64,000 bases of DNA, from NCBI RefSeq assembly GCF_963921235.1, contig NC_086097.1, positions 3,596,001 through 3,660,000 of the forward strand, given 5' to 3'. The DNA is from Mobula hypostoma (Eukaryota). A program made the translations under genes and the position numbers. Of this stretch, positions 1 through 12,570 are shown one piece after another (the stretch's first letter is position 1; the number at the start of each line of letters is the position of its first letter). Under the pieces are notes generated by a model, which did no database searches, was not told where the DNA came from, and saw only the letters and a program-made list of their open reading frames with translations.

Positions 1-149
1 ATAAATTATACATTGGATATCTAGTATGACGGGTAAATTGCAGAGAGTCACTATGATAGCCTGTGTTACACAAAGGACATAACATAGTTAGGAATAAGAA
101 AAATCTGAGACAACCACAAATCTATGGTTCACATAGGCCATATTATATC

Positions 150-981
150 CAGGTTACGTGCCCCTTATCCAAAATTCCAAAATCCTAAATCCTCAATCCT
201 CTGAATTCTGACTTGTTTCAATTGCTAACATGACATCACAAATGTCAAATTCCGCAAGGTGCTGGGAAGGTTCCCAGGCGAAGCGCAGATCTCTGCTCAC
301 CACAGACATTTCTGAGAAATGATCTCACATGTGTAATGCACAGAAGTTAATGAAAAATAGCAAATATGAAACAAGCAAAGATCTATCACAAAGAACTGAA
401 AATTGAAGGTAATGGTGAATATTCAGCAGGCTGGTTGCAGAAATTTAAAAAAAGGCATGGCATTAAATTTTGAAAGATTTAAAAAAATTTTAAAGATTTA
501 GTGTCTGCTGATCATGAAGCATTGATAAGTTTGCGAAGCTGAAAACCTAGCACCAGAACAATCACAAATGCTGATTGTTTCTATACCATACATAAATCCT
601 AAAAAACATAAAGTACAAATACAGTATATTGTAACCTTTTAATCAAACCACAGCATCGTAGGTGGAGACTGAAAGCCTGCTGTTGTTTGTTGTGCTTGAA
701 CAGCTATTTCAGGGATTCTCCCGATGCTGTTGTGCTGCCCTTGTTACCCTGCACATCTTATATTTTCATTACATTAATAGTAGGTAATGTTTTTTTACTG
801 TTATGTACTGATGTGGGCTGAGCAAGTTTAAGACAAACACTGCTTAGTGGTAGAACATAAATTCAGAGCCGGCAATAAAGGTAATCCCAAACTACCTCAT
901 TATATATTCCAACATCCAAAAAAATCCAAATTCCAAAACGCTTCCAGCCCCAAGCATTTTGGACAAGGGGTACTCAACCTG
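150..981 (+). mobile_element. Internally deleted Tigger/pogo DNA transposon (Tigger4/Zombi-like ends)
   Basis: Imperfect TIRs CAGGTTacgtgCCCCTTATCCAAAAT (150) and ATTTTGGACAAGGGGTACTCAACCTG (ends 981), followed by TA. From 366 it translates MKQAKIYHKELKIEGNGEYSAGWLQKFKKRHGIKF, the CENP-B-type HTH motif GWLxxFKxRHG. Confidence 0.8.
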
Positions 982-1100
982 TATTAGTCAACATAAAATG
1001 ACAAGACATATGTTCTTCTAACAGTTCCACATATTTTAAAGATGCATCTATTAAAATAAATCGGGTGGTTTATTTAGATATTTTTCACTGAGAAGATAGT

Positions 1101-1565
1101 ACGCTCACTGCTCACTTTATTAAGTACCTAATTAAGTGGCTACTGAGTATGCTAATGGTCATCTGTGCTGTAGCCCATCCTCTGTATGTTCCGAGATGCT
1201 CTTCTGCACAACACTGTTGTAATGTGTGGTTATTTGAATTATTGTTGCCTTCCTGTTAGCTTGAACCATTCTGGACATTCTCCTCTGACCTTACCTATTA
1301 ACAAGGATTTTTGCCTACAGAATTGCTGCTCACTGGATATTTTTTTGTTTTTCGTGTCATTCTCTGTAAACTCTAGAGACTTGTGCAAATCCCACAAGAT
1401 CAGCAGTTTCTGAGATACTGAAACCATTCCGCTTGGCATCAACAATCAATTCACGGTCAAAGTCACTTAGATCACATCTTTTCCCCATTCTGATATTTGG
1501 ATAGAACAACAACAACTGAGCCACTTGGCCATCTCTGCATGCTTTAATGCACTGAGCTGCTGCTT
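1101..1565 (-). mobile_element. Tc1-like transposon remnant (transposase N-terminus)
   Basis: The minus strand gives frameshifted MGKRCDLSDFDRELIVDAKRNGFSISETADL...SSEQQFCRQK, typical of fish Tc1 DNA-binding domains. A Tc1-type TIR-like sequence CTCACTgctCACTTTATTAaGTAC lies at about 1104. Confidence 0.75.
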
Positions 1566-3876
1566 TAAACTGGACTGCAGTGGAATATGCACTGCAGAGA
1601 TAGGTCAGTTAGTATACAAGTTGATGCAGTGTGTAGCGGGACTGGGAGGATTGACAAGCAGATTATAGGGCAAAACTGTAGTTGGGGATGAGGTGAAGCG
1701 CAAAATCGAAATGAGTGATGAATACAGGAGTGAAGGTGTTATATTTGAATGCACAGAGTATCTGGAATAAGGTAGATGAACTTCAAGCGCAGTTAGAGAT
1801 GGGTAGGTATGATGTTCTGGGCATCTCCAAGTTGTGGCAGAGGTGGTGGGGGTTGATAGAAAATGAAATCAAATCTTTAAAAAGAAGTGACACAGGATTG
1901 GAAAATGTAGAGTTAAGAAACTGCAAGGATAAAAAGAGTTGTATACAAGCCTCCAAACAGTGACAATGAAGTGGGGTATGAATTTCAATGGGAAATAGAA
2001 AAGGCATGTGATAACAGCAATATTATGATAGGCATGGGGGATTTCAATATGCAGGCATTTTGGGAAAATCAGGTTGGTGCTGGATCCCAAAAGGGGTAAT
2101 TTCTAAAATGCCTACAAGATGGTTCTTTACAACAGTTCATGGTTCAGCCCATGAGGGGATCAGCTATTCTGGATTGAATGTTGTGCAGTGAAACCAGAAT
2201 TGATTAGAGAGCTTAAGGTAAAAGAACCCTTAGGGGAAAGTGATCATAATATGATCAAATTCACTCTGAAATTTGAGAATGAGAAGCTGAAGTCAGATGT
2301 ATCAGTATTACAGTGGAGTAAAGGGAATTACTGGGGTATGAGAGAGGAGTTGGCCAGAATTGATTGGAAAAGAACACTGGCAGGGATGATGGCAGAGCAG
2401 CAATGGCTGGAATTTATGGAAGCAATATGGAAGGCACAGGATATATACATCCCAAAGAGGAAGAACTATTCTAAAGGCAATATGTCACAACCAAGACTCG
2501 CAAGAAAAGTCACAGCCAGCATAAAAGCCAAAGAGAAGGTAAATAATAGAGCAAAAATTAGTGGGAAGTTTTTGGATTTGGAAGCTTTTAAAAACAAACA
2601 GAAGGCAACTGAAGAAAGTCATAAAGAACCAAAGATGGAATATGAAGATAAGTTAGCCAAAAATATTAAAGAGGATACCAAAAGTTTATTCCAATATGTA
2701 AAGTGTAAAAGAGGTGAGAATTGATATTGGACCACTGGAAAATGATGCTGGAGAGGTAGTAATAGGGTACAAGGAAATAACGGAGGAACTGAGTAAGTAT
2801 TTTGCATGAGTTTTGACTGTGGAAGACAGTTAGAGTATGCCAGAAATTCTAGAGTGTTAGAGGGAAAAAGTGAATGAAGTTGCCATAACTCGGGAGGAGA
2901 TGTTTGGGAAACTGGAAGGTCTGAAGGTGGATAAGTCATCTGGACCAGATGGACAACACCGCAGGGTCTGAAAGAGGTGGCTGAAGAGATTGTGGAGGGA
3001 TTGGTCTTTCAAGAATCAATGGATTCTGGAATAATTCTGGAGAACTGGAAAATTGCAAATGTCAGTCCATTCTTTAAGAAGGGAGGAAGCTGGAATAAAT
3101 GAAATTATAGGCCAGTTAGTCTGACTTCAGTGGTTCTGAAGATTTTGGAGTCCATTATTAAGGATGAGGTTGTGGGGTGCTTAGAGGTGCATGATAAATT
3201 AAGACAAAGTCAGCTTGGTTTTCTTAACAGGAAACCTTGCCTGACAAACGTGTTTGAATTCTTTAAGGAAATAGCAAGCAGAATAGACAAAGGAGACTTG
3301 TTTACTTGAATTTTAAGAAATTCTTTGATAAGGTGTGAACATAAGGCTGCTTAACGAGGTAAGAGGTCATGGTATTAAAGGAAAGATACCAGCCTTGATA
3401 GAAGATTGGCTGACTGGAAGGAGGCAAAGAGTTGGAATAAAGGGAGCCTATTCTGACTGGTTGCCAGTGACTAGTGGTCTTCCACAGGGGTCTGTGTTAG
3501 GACTGCTTCTTTTCACATTGTATATGAATGACTTGGATGACGGAACTGATAACTTTTTAGCCAAGTTTGCAGATGATACAAAGCAAGGTGAAGGGGCAGG
3601 TAGCGCTGAGAAAGCAGGGAGTCTGAAAAAGCATTAGACAGATTGGCAGAATGGGTAAAGAAGCGGCAGATGGTATATAGTGTAGGGAAGTGTATGGTCA
3701 TGAACTTCGGTAGAAAGATTAAGGATTATTTTCTAAATGGGGAGAAAATTCGGAAATCTAAGATGAAAAGGGACTTTGGAGTCCTTGTGCAAGATTCTTT
3801 AAAGGTTAACTTGCAGATTGAGTTAAAGGTAAGAGTGGCAAATGCAATACTGGCATTCATTTCAAGAGGACTAGAG

Positions 3877-5134
3877 GGAAAGACCCTGTGTTTGAGTGGT
3901 CTCTATCTCTCCTCACTGCTGTCAGAGGACGATACTGAAATTCTAGATATATGATTTATGGATTGGACAGTAGTTCACCTGGACTCTTTCAGTTTTATGT
4001 TTTGAGATTCTGTGTTTTCTTTATTGCTGTTTGCACAAGTTGTTTGTTTTTGTGAGGGGAGGGGAGGTGGGGTTTGCCATTCGATATTCTGATTGCCGAT
4101 TGCACAATTTGTTTGTTTTTGTGAGGGGAGGGGTGGTGGGGTTTGCCCTGTGATATTCTGATTGCCGATTGCACAATTTGTTTGTTTTTTGTGAGGGGAG
4201 GGGAGGTGGGGTTTGCCGTTCGATATTCTGATTGCCGTTTGCACAGTTTGTTTGTTTTTGTGAGGGGAGGGGAGGTGGGGTTTGCCGTTCGATATTCTGA
4301 TTGCTGTTTGCACAATTTGTTTGTTTTTTGTGTGGGGAGGGGTGGTGGGGTTTGCCGTTCGATATTCTGATTGCCGTTTGCACAATTTGTTTGTTTTTGT
4401 GAGGGGAGGGGAGGTGGGGTTTGTTCTTTGATATTCTGATTGCCGTTTGCACAATTTGTTTGTTTTTTGTGAGGGGAGGGGTGGTGGGGTTTGCCGTTCG
4501 ATATTCTGATTGCTGTTTGCACAATTTGTTTGTTTTTGTGTGGGGAGGGGTGGTGGGGTTTGCCCTGTGATATTCTGATTGCTGTTTGCACAATTTGTTT
4601 GTTTTTGTGAGGGGAGGGGAGGTGGGGTTTGTTCTTTGATATTCTGATTGCCGTTTGCACAATTTGTTTGTTTTTTGTGAGGGGAGGGGTGGTGGGATTT
4701 GCCGTTCGATATTCTGATTGCTGTTTGCACAGTTTGTTTGTTTTTGTGAGGGGAGGGGAGGTGGGGTTTGCCGTTCGATATTCTGATTGCCGATTGCACA
4801 ATTTGTTTGTTTTTGTGAGGGGAGGGGTGGTGGGGTTTGCCCTGTGATATTCTGATTGCCGTTTGCACAATTTGTTTGTTTTTGTGAGGGGAGGGGAGGT
4901 GGGGTTTGCCCTGTGATATTCTGATTGCCGTTTGCACAATTTGTTTGTTTTTGTGAGGTTCTTATTGCTGTTTGCATCATTTGCTTCTTGTTTGCACGTG
5001 GAGGGGAGGGTTGATGTTTTCTCTTTGAATAGCATCTATGGTTTTCTTTGTTTCGTCGCTGTCTGAAGAAGACGAATCTCAGAGCTGTATACTTCATACA
5101 TACTTTGATAATAAATGTACTTTGAACTTTGATT
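3877..5134 (+). mobile_element. Non-coding retroelement 3' region with (TTTGAAC)n-type tail, carrying an internal minisatellite
   Basis: It interrupts the CR1 sequence ggactagag|...|aaagcaagga. Its tail tactttgataataaatgtactttgaacttttga is shared with copies near 22970, 35710, 42440 and 53950, and it is homologous to 43325-43535 on the minus strand. Confidence 0.65.
4022..4957. repeat. Minisatellite, 69-70 bp unit, 13 full copies plus a partial copy
   Basis: TTGCAC unit starts at 4031, 4100, 4169, 4239 ... 4863 and 4932. The unit is ttgcacaatttgtttgtttttgtgaggggaggggaggtggggtttgccgttcgatattctgattgccgt. Confidence 0.97.
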
Positions 5135-5618
5135 AAAGCAAGGAAGAATCGGGCTTTATAGGGCATTTGTCAGATCACATTTTGGGTATTCTGGTTTCGT
5201 CCCCTTATCTAAGAAAAATGTGCTGGTATTGGAGAAGGATCAGAGGAGGTTCATGAGAATGATCACGAGAATGAAAGGGTTAACATATGAGGAGCATTTG
5301 ATGGCTCCAGGCCTGTACTCACCAGAGTTGTGAAGAATGAGGGGGGATCATATATGAAAGGCCTAGATAGAGTGAATGTGGAGAGGTTGTTTCCTATTGT
5401 GGGGGAGTCTAGAACCAGAGGACACAGCCTCAGCATAGAGGGATGTCCATTTAGAACGGAGATGAGGAATTTCTTTAGCTGGACAGAGGTGAATCTGTGG
5501 AATTCATTGCTTCAGACAGCTGTGGAGGCCGGATCATTGAGTATATTTGAAGTGGAGGTTGATAGGTTCTTGATTAGTCAGGGCATCAAAGGTTACAGCG
5601 AGGAGACAGGAGAATGGG

Positions 5619-6116
5619 AAAAAGAGGGATCATTAAGAGGAGCTGAAGGCATTGTGGACTGGGCCAACGAACTTAACCTGTTCTTTAACAGATTTGACAT
5701 TGTGGCCCCTGCCATCCACCTGTTGTCAGCCCCCAACCAACACATATTCCACTCTCACCTCCTACCTCTCCTCACAGTCCCCCACCCTGCTCTCATGACT
5801 ATACCCTTCCCCACACGAAACCATCACGGTGGGCTTCAAGGCTGAACAGGTGAGAAGACAGCTGAAATGTCTCAACCCAAGCAAGGCTGCAGGCCTGGAT
5901 GGTGTCAGCACCAGGGTGCTCAAAGCCTGTGCCCCTCAGCTATGTGGAGTACTTCGCCATCTCTTCAACCTGAGCCTGAGTCTCCCGAGGGTTCCTGTGC
6001 TGTGGAAGATGTCCTGCCTCATCCCTGTGCCGAAGACGCCGTGCCCCAGCAGCCTCAATGACTACAGACCGGTGGCTTTGACCTCTCACATCATGAAGAC
6101 CCTGGAGAGACTTGTG
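5619..6116 (+). mobile_element. Rex1/Babar-type LINE RT fragment
   Basis: ANELNLFFNRFD...LNPSKAAGLDGVSTRVLKACAPQLCGV...NDYRPVALTSHIMKTLERLV. Confidence 0.85.
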
Positions 6117-6445
6117 AGAGGCCCAGACAGAGTAACAGACAGTATCCTCATCCCAGGATTGAAATGTCTAATACCAGAGGGCATGCATTTAAGGTCAGAG
6201 AGGAGAATTTTTAAAGGAGATGTGAGAGGAAAGCGCTTTTACACAGAGTGGTGGATGCCTGGAATGTGCTACCTGTGGTGGTGGTAGAGGCAGATACATC
6301 CGAGACGTTTAAGAGATGTTTGGATAGACACATGAATGTGAGGAAAATGGAAGGATAAGGACATTGTTTAGACAGAAGGGATTAATTCAGTTGGCCATTT
6401 GATTACTAATTTATTTGGTTTGGAACAAAGGGCCTGTTCCTTAGA
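6117..6445 (+). mobile_element. CR1 3' end fragment
   Basis: SNTRGHAFKVR-like C-terminus and 3' UTR; same subfamily as 40430-40780. Confidence 0.75.
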
Positions 6446-6449
6446 CATA

Positions 6450-9400
6450 GATATACAAGGGGGTTCTTGAATTAGAAGGTGCTCTGTACAAGAAGGATTT
6501 GGGCCTCCTGGTACACTCAGCACTATCAACATCTAGACAATGCACAGGAGCGATTAAGATGGCTCATAGAATGTTTGGCTATATGATGTGCTCAGTGGCG
6601 TTTGAGTCTAGAGACGTTCTCCTTAAGCTGTATAGTGCACCTGTGAGGCCAGACCTTGAGTACCGTGTACAGTTTTGGTCTCCATATAGTGTGAGGGATG
6701 TGAAGCCACTGGAGAGAGTCCAGAGCAGGGTGACTATACCCATTCCAGGTATGCAGGGCATGAGCTATGAAGAAAGACTGAAAGAATTATATCTTTTTAG
6801 CTTAAGTAGACGTAGAATGAGAGGAGATATGATAGAAGTGTTCAAAATCATTAAGGGTATAAATAAGACCATAGGACCATAAGACACAGGAGCAGAATTA
6901 GGCAATCTGGCCCGTCGAGTCTGCTCCACCATTCAATCGTGGCTGATCAGTTTTTCTATCTCTTCCTCAACCCCAGTTCCTGGCCTTTTCCCTGTAACCT
7001 TTGATGCCATGTCCGATCAAGAACCTATCAATCTCTGCCTTAAATACACCCAACGACCTGGCCTCCACAGCTGCATGTGGCAACAAATTCCACAAATTCA
7101 CCACCCTTTGGTGAAAGAAATTTCTCTGCATCTCTGTTTTGAAAGGGCGCCCCTCTATCCTGAGGCTGTGCCCTCTTGTCCTACACTCTCCCACCATGGG
7201 AAACATCCTTTCCATGTCTACTCTGTCTAGGCCTTTCAAAATTCAAAAGGTTTCAATGAGAACCCCCCACATCCTTCTGAATTCCAGCGAGTACAGACCC
7301 TGAGCCATTAAACGTTCCTTGTATGATAAACCTTTCATTCCTGGAATCATACTTGTGAACCTCCTCTGGACCCTCTCCAATGCCAGCACATCTTTTCTAA
7401 GATAAGGAGCCCAAAACTGTCCACAATACTCAAGGTGAGGCCTCACCAGTGCCTTATAAAGACTCAGCATCACACCCCTGCCCTTGTATTCTAGACCTCT
7501 TGAAATGAATGCTAACATAACATTTGCCTTCCTCACCACCGACTCAATCTGCAAATTAACCTTTAGGGTGTTCTGCACAAGGACTCCCAAGTCCCTCTGC
7601 ATCACAGATTCCTAGATTTTCTCCGTGTTTAGAAAATAGTTAGCACATTTATTTCTACTACCAAAATGCATGACCATGCATTTTCCAACATTGTGTTTCA
7701 TTTACCACTTTCTTGCCCATTCTCCTAATCTGTTCAAGTCCATCTGCATCCTACCTGTTTCCTCAACACTACCTGTCCCTCCACCAATCTTCATATCATC
7801 TGCAATCTTGGCAACAAAGCCATCTATTCCATCATCTAAATCATTTATATACAGCATAAAAACAAGTGGTTCCAACACCGATCCGTATGGAACACCACTA
7901 GTCACTGGCAGCCAACTAGATCAGGATCCTTTTATTCCCACTCACTGCCTCCTTCCAATCAGCCAATGCTCTAACCATGTTAGTAACTGTCCTGTAATAC
8001 CAGGGGCTCTTAACTTGTTAAGCAGCCTCATATGTGGCACATTGTCAAAGGCCTTCTGAAAGTCCAAATATACAACATCCACTACATCCCCTTTATCTAT
8101 CCTACTTGTAATCTCCTCAAAGAATTGCAACAGGTTTATCAGGCAGGATTTTCCCTGAAGGAAACCATGCTGACTTTGAACTATCTTGTCTTGTGTCACC
8201 AAGTACTCCATCACCTCATCCTTAACAATTGACTCTAACACCTTCCCAACCACTGAGGTCAGGCTAACTGATCTATAATTTCCTTTCTACTGCCTTCCTC
8301 CTTTCTTAAAGAGTGGAGTGACATTTGCAATTTTCCAGTCCTCTGGCACCATGCCAGAGTCCAATGATTTTTGAAAGATCATTTCCAATGCCACCATTGT
8401 CTCTAACGCTATCTCTTTCAGAACACTATGGTTCAGTTCTTTTGTCTGGGTGACTTATGTACCTTTAGGTCTTTCAGCTTTTTGAGCACCTTCTCTCTTG
8501 TAACACACCTCTCTTCCTTCACACACTACAACATCAGGCATACTGCTGGTGTCTTCCACAGTGAAAACTGATGCAAAATACTCATTTAGTTCATCAGCCA
8601 TCTCCTTGTCCCCTGTTATTATTTCTCCTGTCTCATTTTCTAGTAGTCCTATATCCACTCTCATTTCTCTTTTATTTTTAACATACTTGAAAAACTTTTA
8701 CTATCCACTTTGTTATTATTTGCCAGCTTACTTTCATATTTCATCTTTTCCCTTCTAATGATTTTTTTAGTTGCTCTCTGTAGGTTTTTTAAAACTTCCC
8801 AATCCTCTATCTTCCCACTAATTTTTGCTTTGTTGTATGCCCTTTCTTTTGCTTTTATAATAGTTTTAACTTCCCTTGTCAGCCATGGTTCTACTATTAG
8901 AGTATTTCTTCATTTTTGCAATACACATGTCTTGCACCTTCTTCATTTTCCCCAGAAACACATGCCATTGCTGCTCTGCTGACATCCCTGTCAGCAGCTC
9001 CTTCCAATTTACTTTGGCCGACTCCTCTCTCATACTACTGAAATTTCCCTTACTCCACTGAAATACTGCTACATCAGACTTTACTTTCTCCCTGTCAAAT
9101 TTCAAATTGAACACAACCATATTGTGATCACTGGTTCCTAAGGGTTCTTTTTCCTTAAGCTCCCTAATCGCCTCCGGTTCATTACATAACATCCAATTCT
9201 GTATAGCTGATCCCCTAGTAGGCTCAACGACAAACTGGTCTTAAAAAGCCATTTATTTGGCATTCAACAAGCTCACTCTCTTGAGATCCAATCTGATTTT
9301 CCCAATCATCCTGCATGTTATAATCTCCCATGACTACCATAACATTGCCCTTTTGACTCGACTTTTCTATTTCCTGTTGTAAACCTGTGGTCCACCTCCC

Positions 9401-9903
9401 AGCCACTGTGGGGAGGCCTGTACTTAACTGCCATCAACGTCCTTTTACCCTTGCAGTGTCTGAGCTCAACCCACAAGGATTCAACATCTCCCAATCCTAT
9501 GTCACAACTTTTTACTGATTTGATGCCATTCTTTACCAGTAGGGCCACACCACCGGATCTGCCTGCCTTCCAATCCCTCAGATATAACGTGTAACCTTGG
9601 GCATTCAGTTCCCAACTACAGCCAACTACAAGTGAGGTAGGTGCCAGCTGCTACTTCAGAATTAATCCATCATCAAGGACAGGGGACCATAGGTGGAGAC
9701 TGGTTAAAGTGAAATTTCAGACTAATATCAGGAAGTTGTGGACACATGGAACAAACTACCTAATTGTGTAGTTGAGAGTAGTACCTTAAAGACTTTAAAT
9801 CTAGGCTCGATAGCTATTTCAATACACTATGTGAAGTGGAATTTGGCAAGCTTTGTTGGGCCGAATGGGCTGTTCTTGTCAAAAACTTTCTAATGTTCCA
9901 ATG
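6450..9903 (+). mobile_element. Divergent CR1 3' portion in two pieces (6450-6863 and about 9630-9903) flanking a younger minus-strand CR1
   Basis: RPDLEYRVQFWSPY...RRRMRGDMIEVFKIIKGINK breaks off and continues after 9630 with SRTGDHRWRL and a ttctaatg-type tail. Confidence 0.75.
6864..9625 (-). mobile_element. CR1 LINE ORF2 pseudogene with 3' tail
   Basis: APE (MGDYN, SDHNM), RT (QHGFLQGKSCL, YLDFQKAFD, SGVPYGSVL, KIADD), RPHLEYC and a (TCTTATGG)n tail at 6864-6885. Confidence 0.92.
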
Positions 9904-10575
9904 TGGAAGTTTGTTTGATTGCCGAGCTTGGCAGACATCTCAGCTCTAGTCATCATTTGTCTTCACAGAATGCTGGTTTTTATACTCCTCCGGGTCCGAA
10001 TGGATATTGATTAGACGTTGTGATCTGGTTGGCTGGTTCAGAACACTGTGAACAGTTTAGCAGCAGGAGATTCCGACTGGCTAGCTTTGAGGGGGTCCGG
10101 TGGTAGAGTTTTCTTCGCCGTCCAGATCTAATGTTCCTGTTCTGTTCTGTTCCTTGTTCTACACTGCTACGGATGTTGTGCACTGAGCTTGTATTAATGG
10201 CCATATGATACAAATATTATGCAAAAGAACTAAACAATTCAACTAAGCAAGTTGGTGCTTTTGCCAGGCAGCTGCATAACTTTAATATTTTAGATTTATT
10301 GAGAATTACCACTCAATTGGGGGAAAGTTTTCTTGAATTCTGTCTTTTTACATTCCTTCCTGTTCTCCTATTTCACCTGTTCTGTGTCAAAGGTTTATAA
10401 AGATTTTGTGGTAGATATTTTGGTCGTCACAATTTTGTCTTTGTAGGACTTACTGTTTTTAAGCCAATTCATTGTTTTTACTGTTTTTCAGCCTGAACTC
10501 ATGCTGGAAAACTGGTTATTGTTTCACTTCCTTTGGAATAAGAAACACTTGTTGCCAGTGATTCCAGATTATTTA

Positions 10576-10665
10576 AGTCCTGATGAAGTGTCTCAGCCTG
10601 AAACATTGACTGTTTATAGATGCTGGCTGACCAGCTGGGTTCCTCCAACGTTTAGTGTGTGTTGC
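10576..10665 (+). mobile_element. Short Penelope-like 3' module with a degenerate hammerhead-like motif
   Basis: agtcCTGATGAagtgtctcagcctGAAACattgactg...gatgctggctgaccagctgggttcctcc matches the 3' ends of the GIY-YIG elements in this window. Confidence 0.75.
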
Positions 10666-11250
10666 ACTGAGTGGGTCTGGCTCCTGTTCACCGTGGGTCT
10701 CACAGTGCTCTCAATGCATGAAGCTCTGTTCGTATCCACCCAGGAACGCCTTTGTTTTCAGACCTGAATACCTGCTGCCCTGCTTGAAATTATATTTGAT
10801 ACAATGCCATCCCAAATTATTGTAAACTTGAAATGCTGGGTTGCACGAATTTAAATTAATTAATCTAATTAGATTTGTTGTGAGTCTGCTGGAGTCCTCT
10901 ATTGTGTCTGGTGCTCCTGATTAAGCCGGCTCTACATTGGTGAGGCCCATCATAAGTTGGGGCACCACTTCATCAACCACTTCCGTTCCATCTGTCAAAA
11001 GTGAAACTTCTGAGTGACCAAATATTTTACTTACCATTCCCATTCTCGTTCCAGCGTGTCGATCCACGGCCTCTTGTGCCAAGATGAGGCCACCCTCAGG
11101 GTGGAGAAGCAACACCTTGTATTCCATTTGGGTTGATGGCCTTCTGGTAAAAAAAAAGTTTCTCCTTCTGGTAAAAAATTCCCTCCCCCCCACTCTTCCT
11201 TTATTCCCCACTTTAGCCTCTTGCCTCTTCTCGCCTGTCTATCACCTCCA

Positions 11251-12411
11251 TAGAAACCATAGAAACTACAGCACAGAAGCAGGCCTTTTGGCCCTTCTTG
11301 GCTGTGCCGAACCATTTTCTGCCTAGTCCCACTGACCTGCACACGGATCATATCCCTCCATACACCTCCCATCCATGTATCTGTCCAATTTATTCTTAAA
11401 TGTTAAAAAAGAACCCGCATTTACCACCTCGTCTGGCAGCTCATTCCATACTCCCACCACTCTCTGTGTGAAGAAGCCCCCCACTAATGTTCCCTTTAAA
11501 CTTTTCCCCCCTCACCCTTAACCCATGTCCTCTGGTTTTTTTCTCCCCTTGCCTCAGTGGAAAAAGCCTGCTTGCATTCACTCTATCTATACCCACATAA
11601 TTTTATATACCTCTATCAAATCTCCCCTCATTCTTCTACGCTCCAGGGAATAAAGTCCTAACCTATTCAACCTTTCTCTGTAACTGAGTTTCTCAAGTCC
11701 CGGCAACATCCTTGTAAACCTTCTCTACACTCTTTCAACCTTATTAATATCCTTCCTGTAATTTAGATGACCAAAACTGAACACAATACTCCAGATTCGG
11801 CCTCACCAATGCCTTATACAACCTCATCATAACATTCCAGCTCTTATACTCAATACTTTGATTAATAAAGGCCAATGTACCAAAAGCTCTCTTTACGACC
11901 CTATCTACCTGTGACGCCACTTTCAGGGAATTTTGTATCTGTATTCCCAGATCCCTCTGTTCCACTTCACTCCTCAGTGCCTTACCATTAACCCTGTATG
12001 TTCTACCTTGGTTTGTCCTTCCAACGTGCAATACCTCACACTTGTCAGTATTAAACTCCATCTGCCATTTTTCAGCCCATTTTTCCAGCTGGTCCAAGTC
12101 CCTTTGCAGGCTCTGAAAACCTTCCTCACTGTCTACTACACCTCCAATCTTTGAATCATCAGCAAACTTGCTGATCCAATTTACCACATTATCATCCAGA
12201 TCATTGATATAGATGACAAATAACAATGGACCCAGCACTGATCCCTGTGGCACACCACTAGTCACAGGCCTCCACTCAGAGAAGCAACTCTCTACTACCA
12301 CTCTTTGGCTTCTTCCATTGAGCCAATGTCTAATCCAATTTACCACCTCTCCATGTATACCTAGCGACAGAATTTATCTAACTAACCTCCCATGTGGGAC
12401 CTTGTCAAAGG
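11251..12411 (-). mobile_element. 5'-truncated CR1 LINE, relatively young
   Basis: 200-aa open RT stretch (SGVPQGSVLGPLLF, KFADD, RPNLEYC), (TTTCTATGG)n tail and an 8-bp TSD. Confidence 0.92.
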
Positions 12412-12570
12412 CACCTCCACCTTCCCTTTTCAATATTGTCCAATCTCCTCTCCTATCAGATTCATTTCTCTCCAGCCTTCTACCTTTCTCACCCACCTGG
12501 TTTCACCTGTCACCCTCCAGCTATCTTCCATCCTCTCCCTCCACCGTCATATTCTGGTGCCTCTCCTTTC

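Larger units (their letters stand above)
1640..5618 (+). mobile_element. CR1-clade LINE ORF2 pseudogene (APE + RT), split by an insertion at 3877-5134
   Basis: Motifs LYLNAQSIWNK, SDHNMI, SGLPQGSVLG, KFADDTK and AFISRGLE; the sequence resumes at about 5135 (aaagcaagga) through RTRGHSL. Many stops and frameshifts. Confidence 0.9.

Noticed and set aside
3975..5166. Three overlapping 320-381 aa proline-rich ORFs
   Set aside because: They are translations of a 69-70 bp tandem repeat that lacks minus-strand stops. The same peptides rotate through all three frames.
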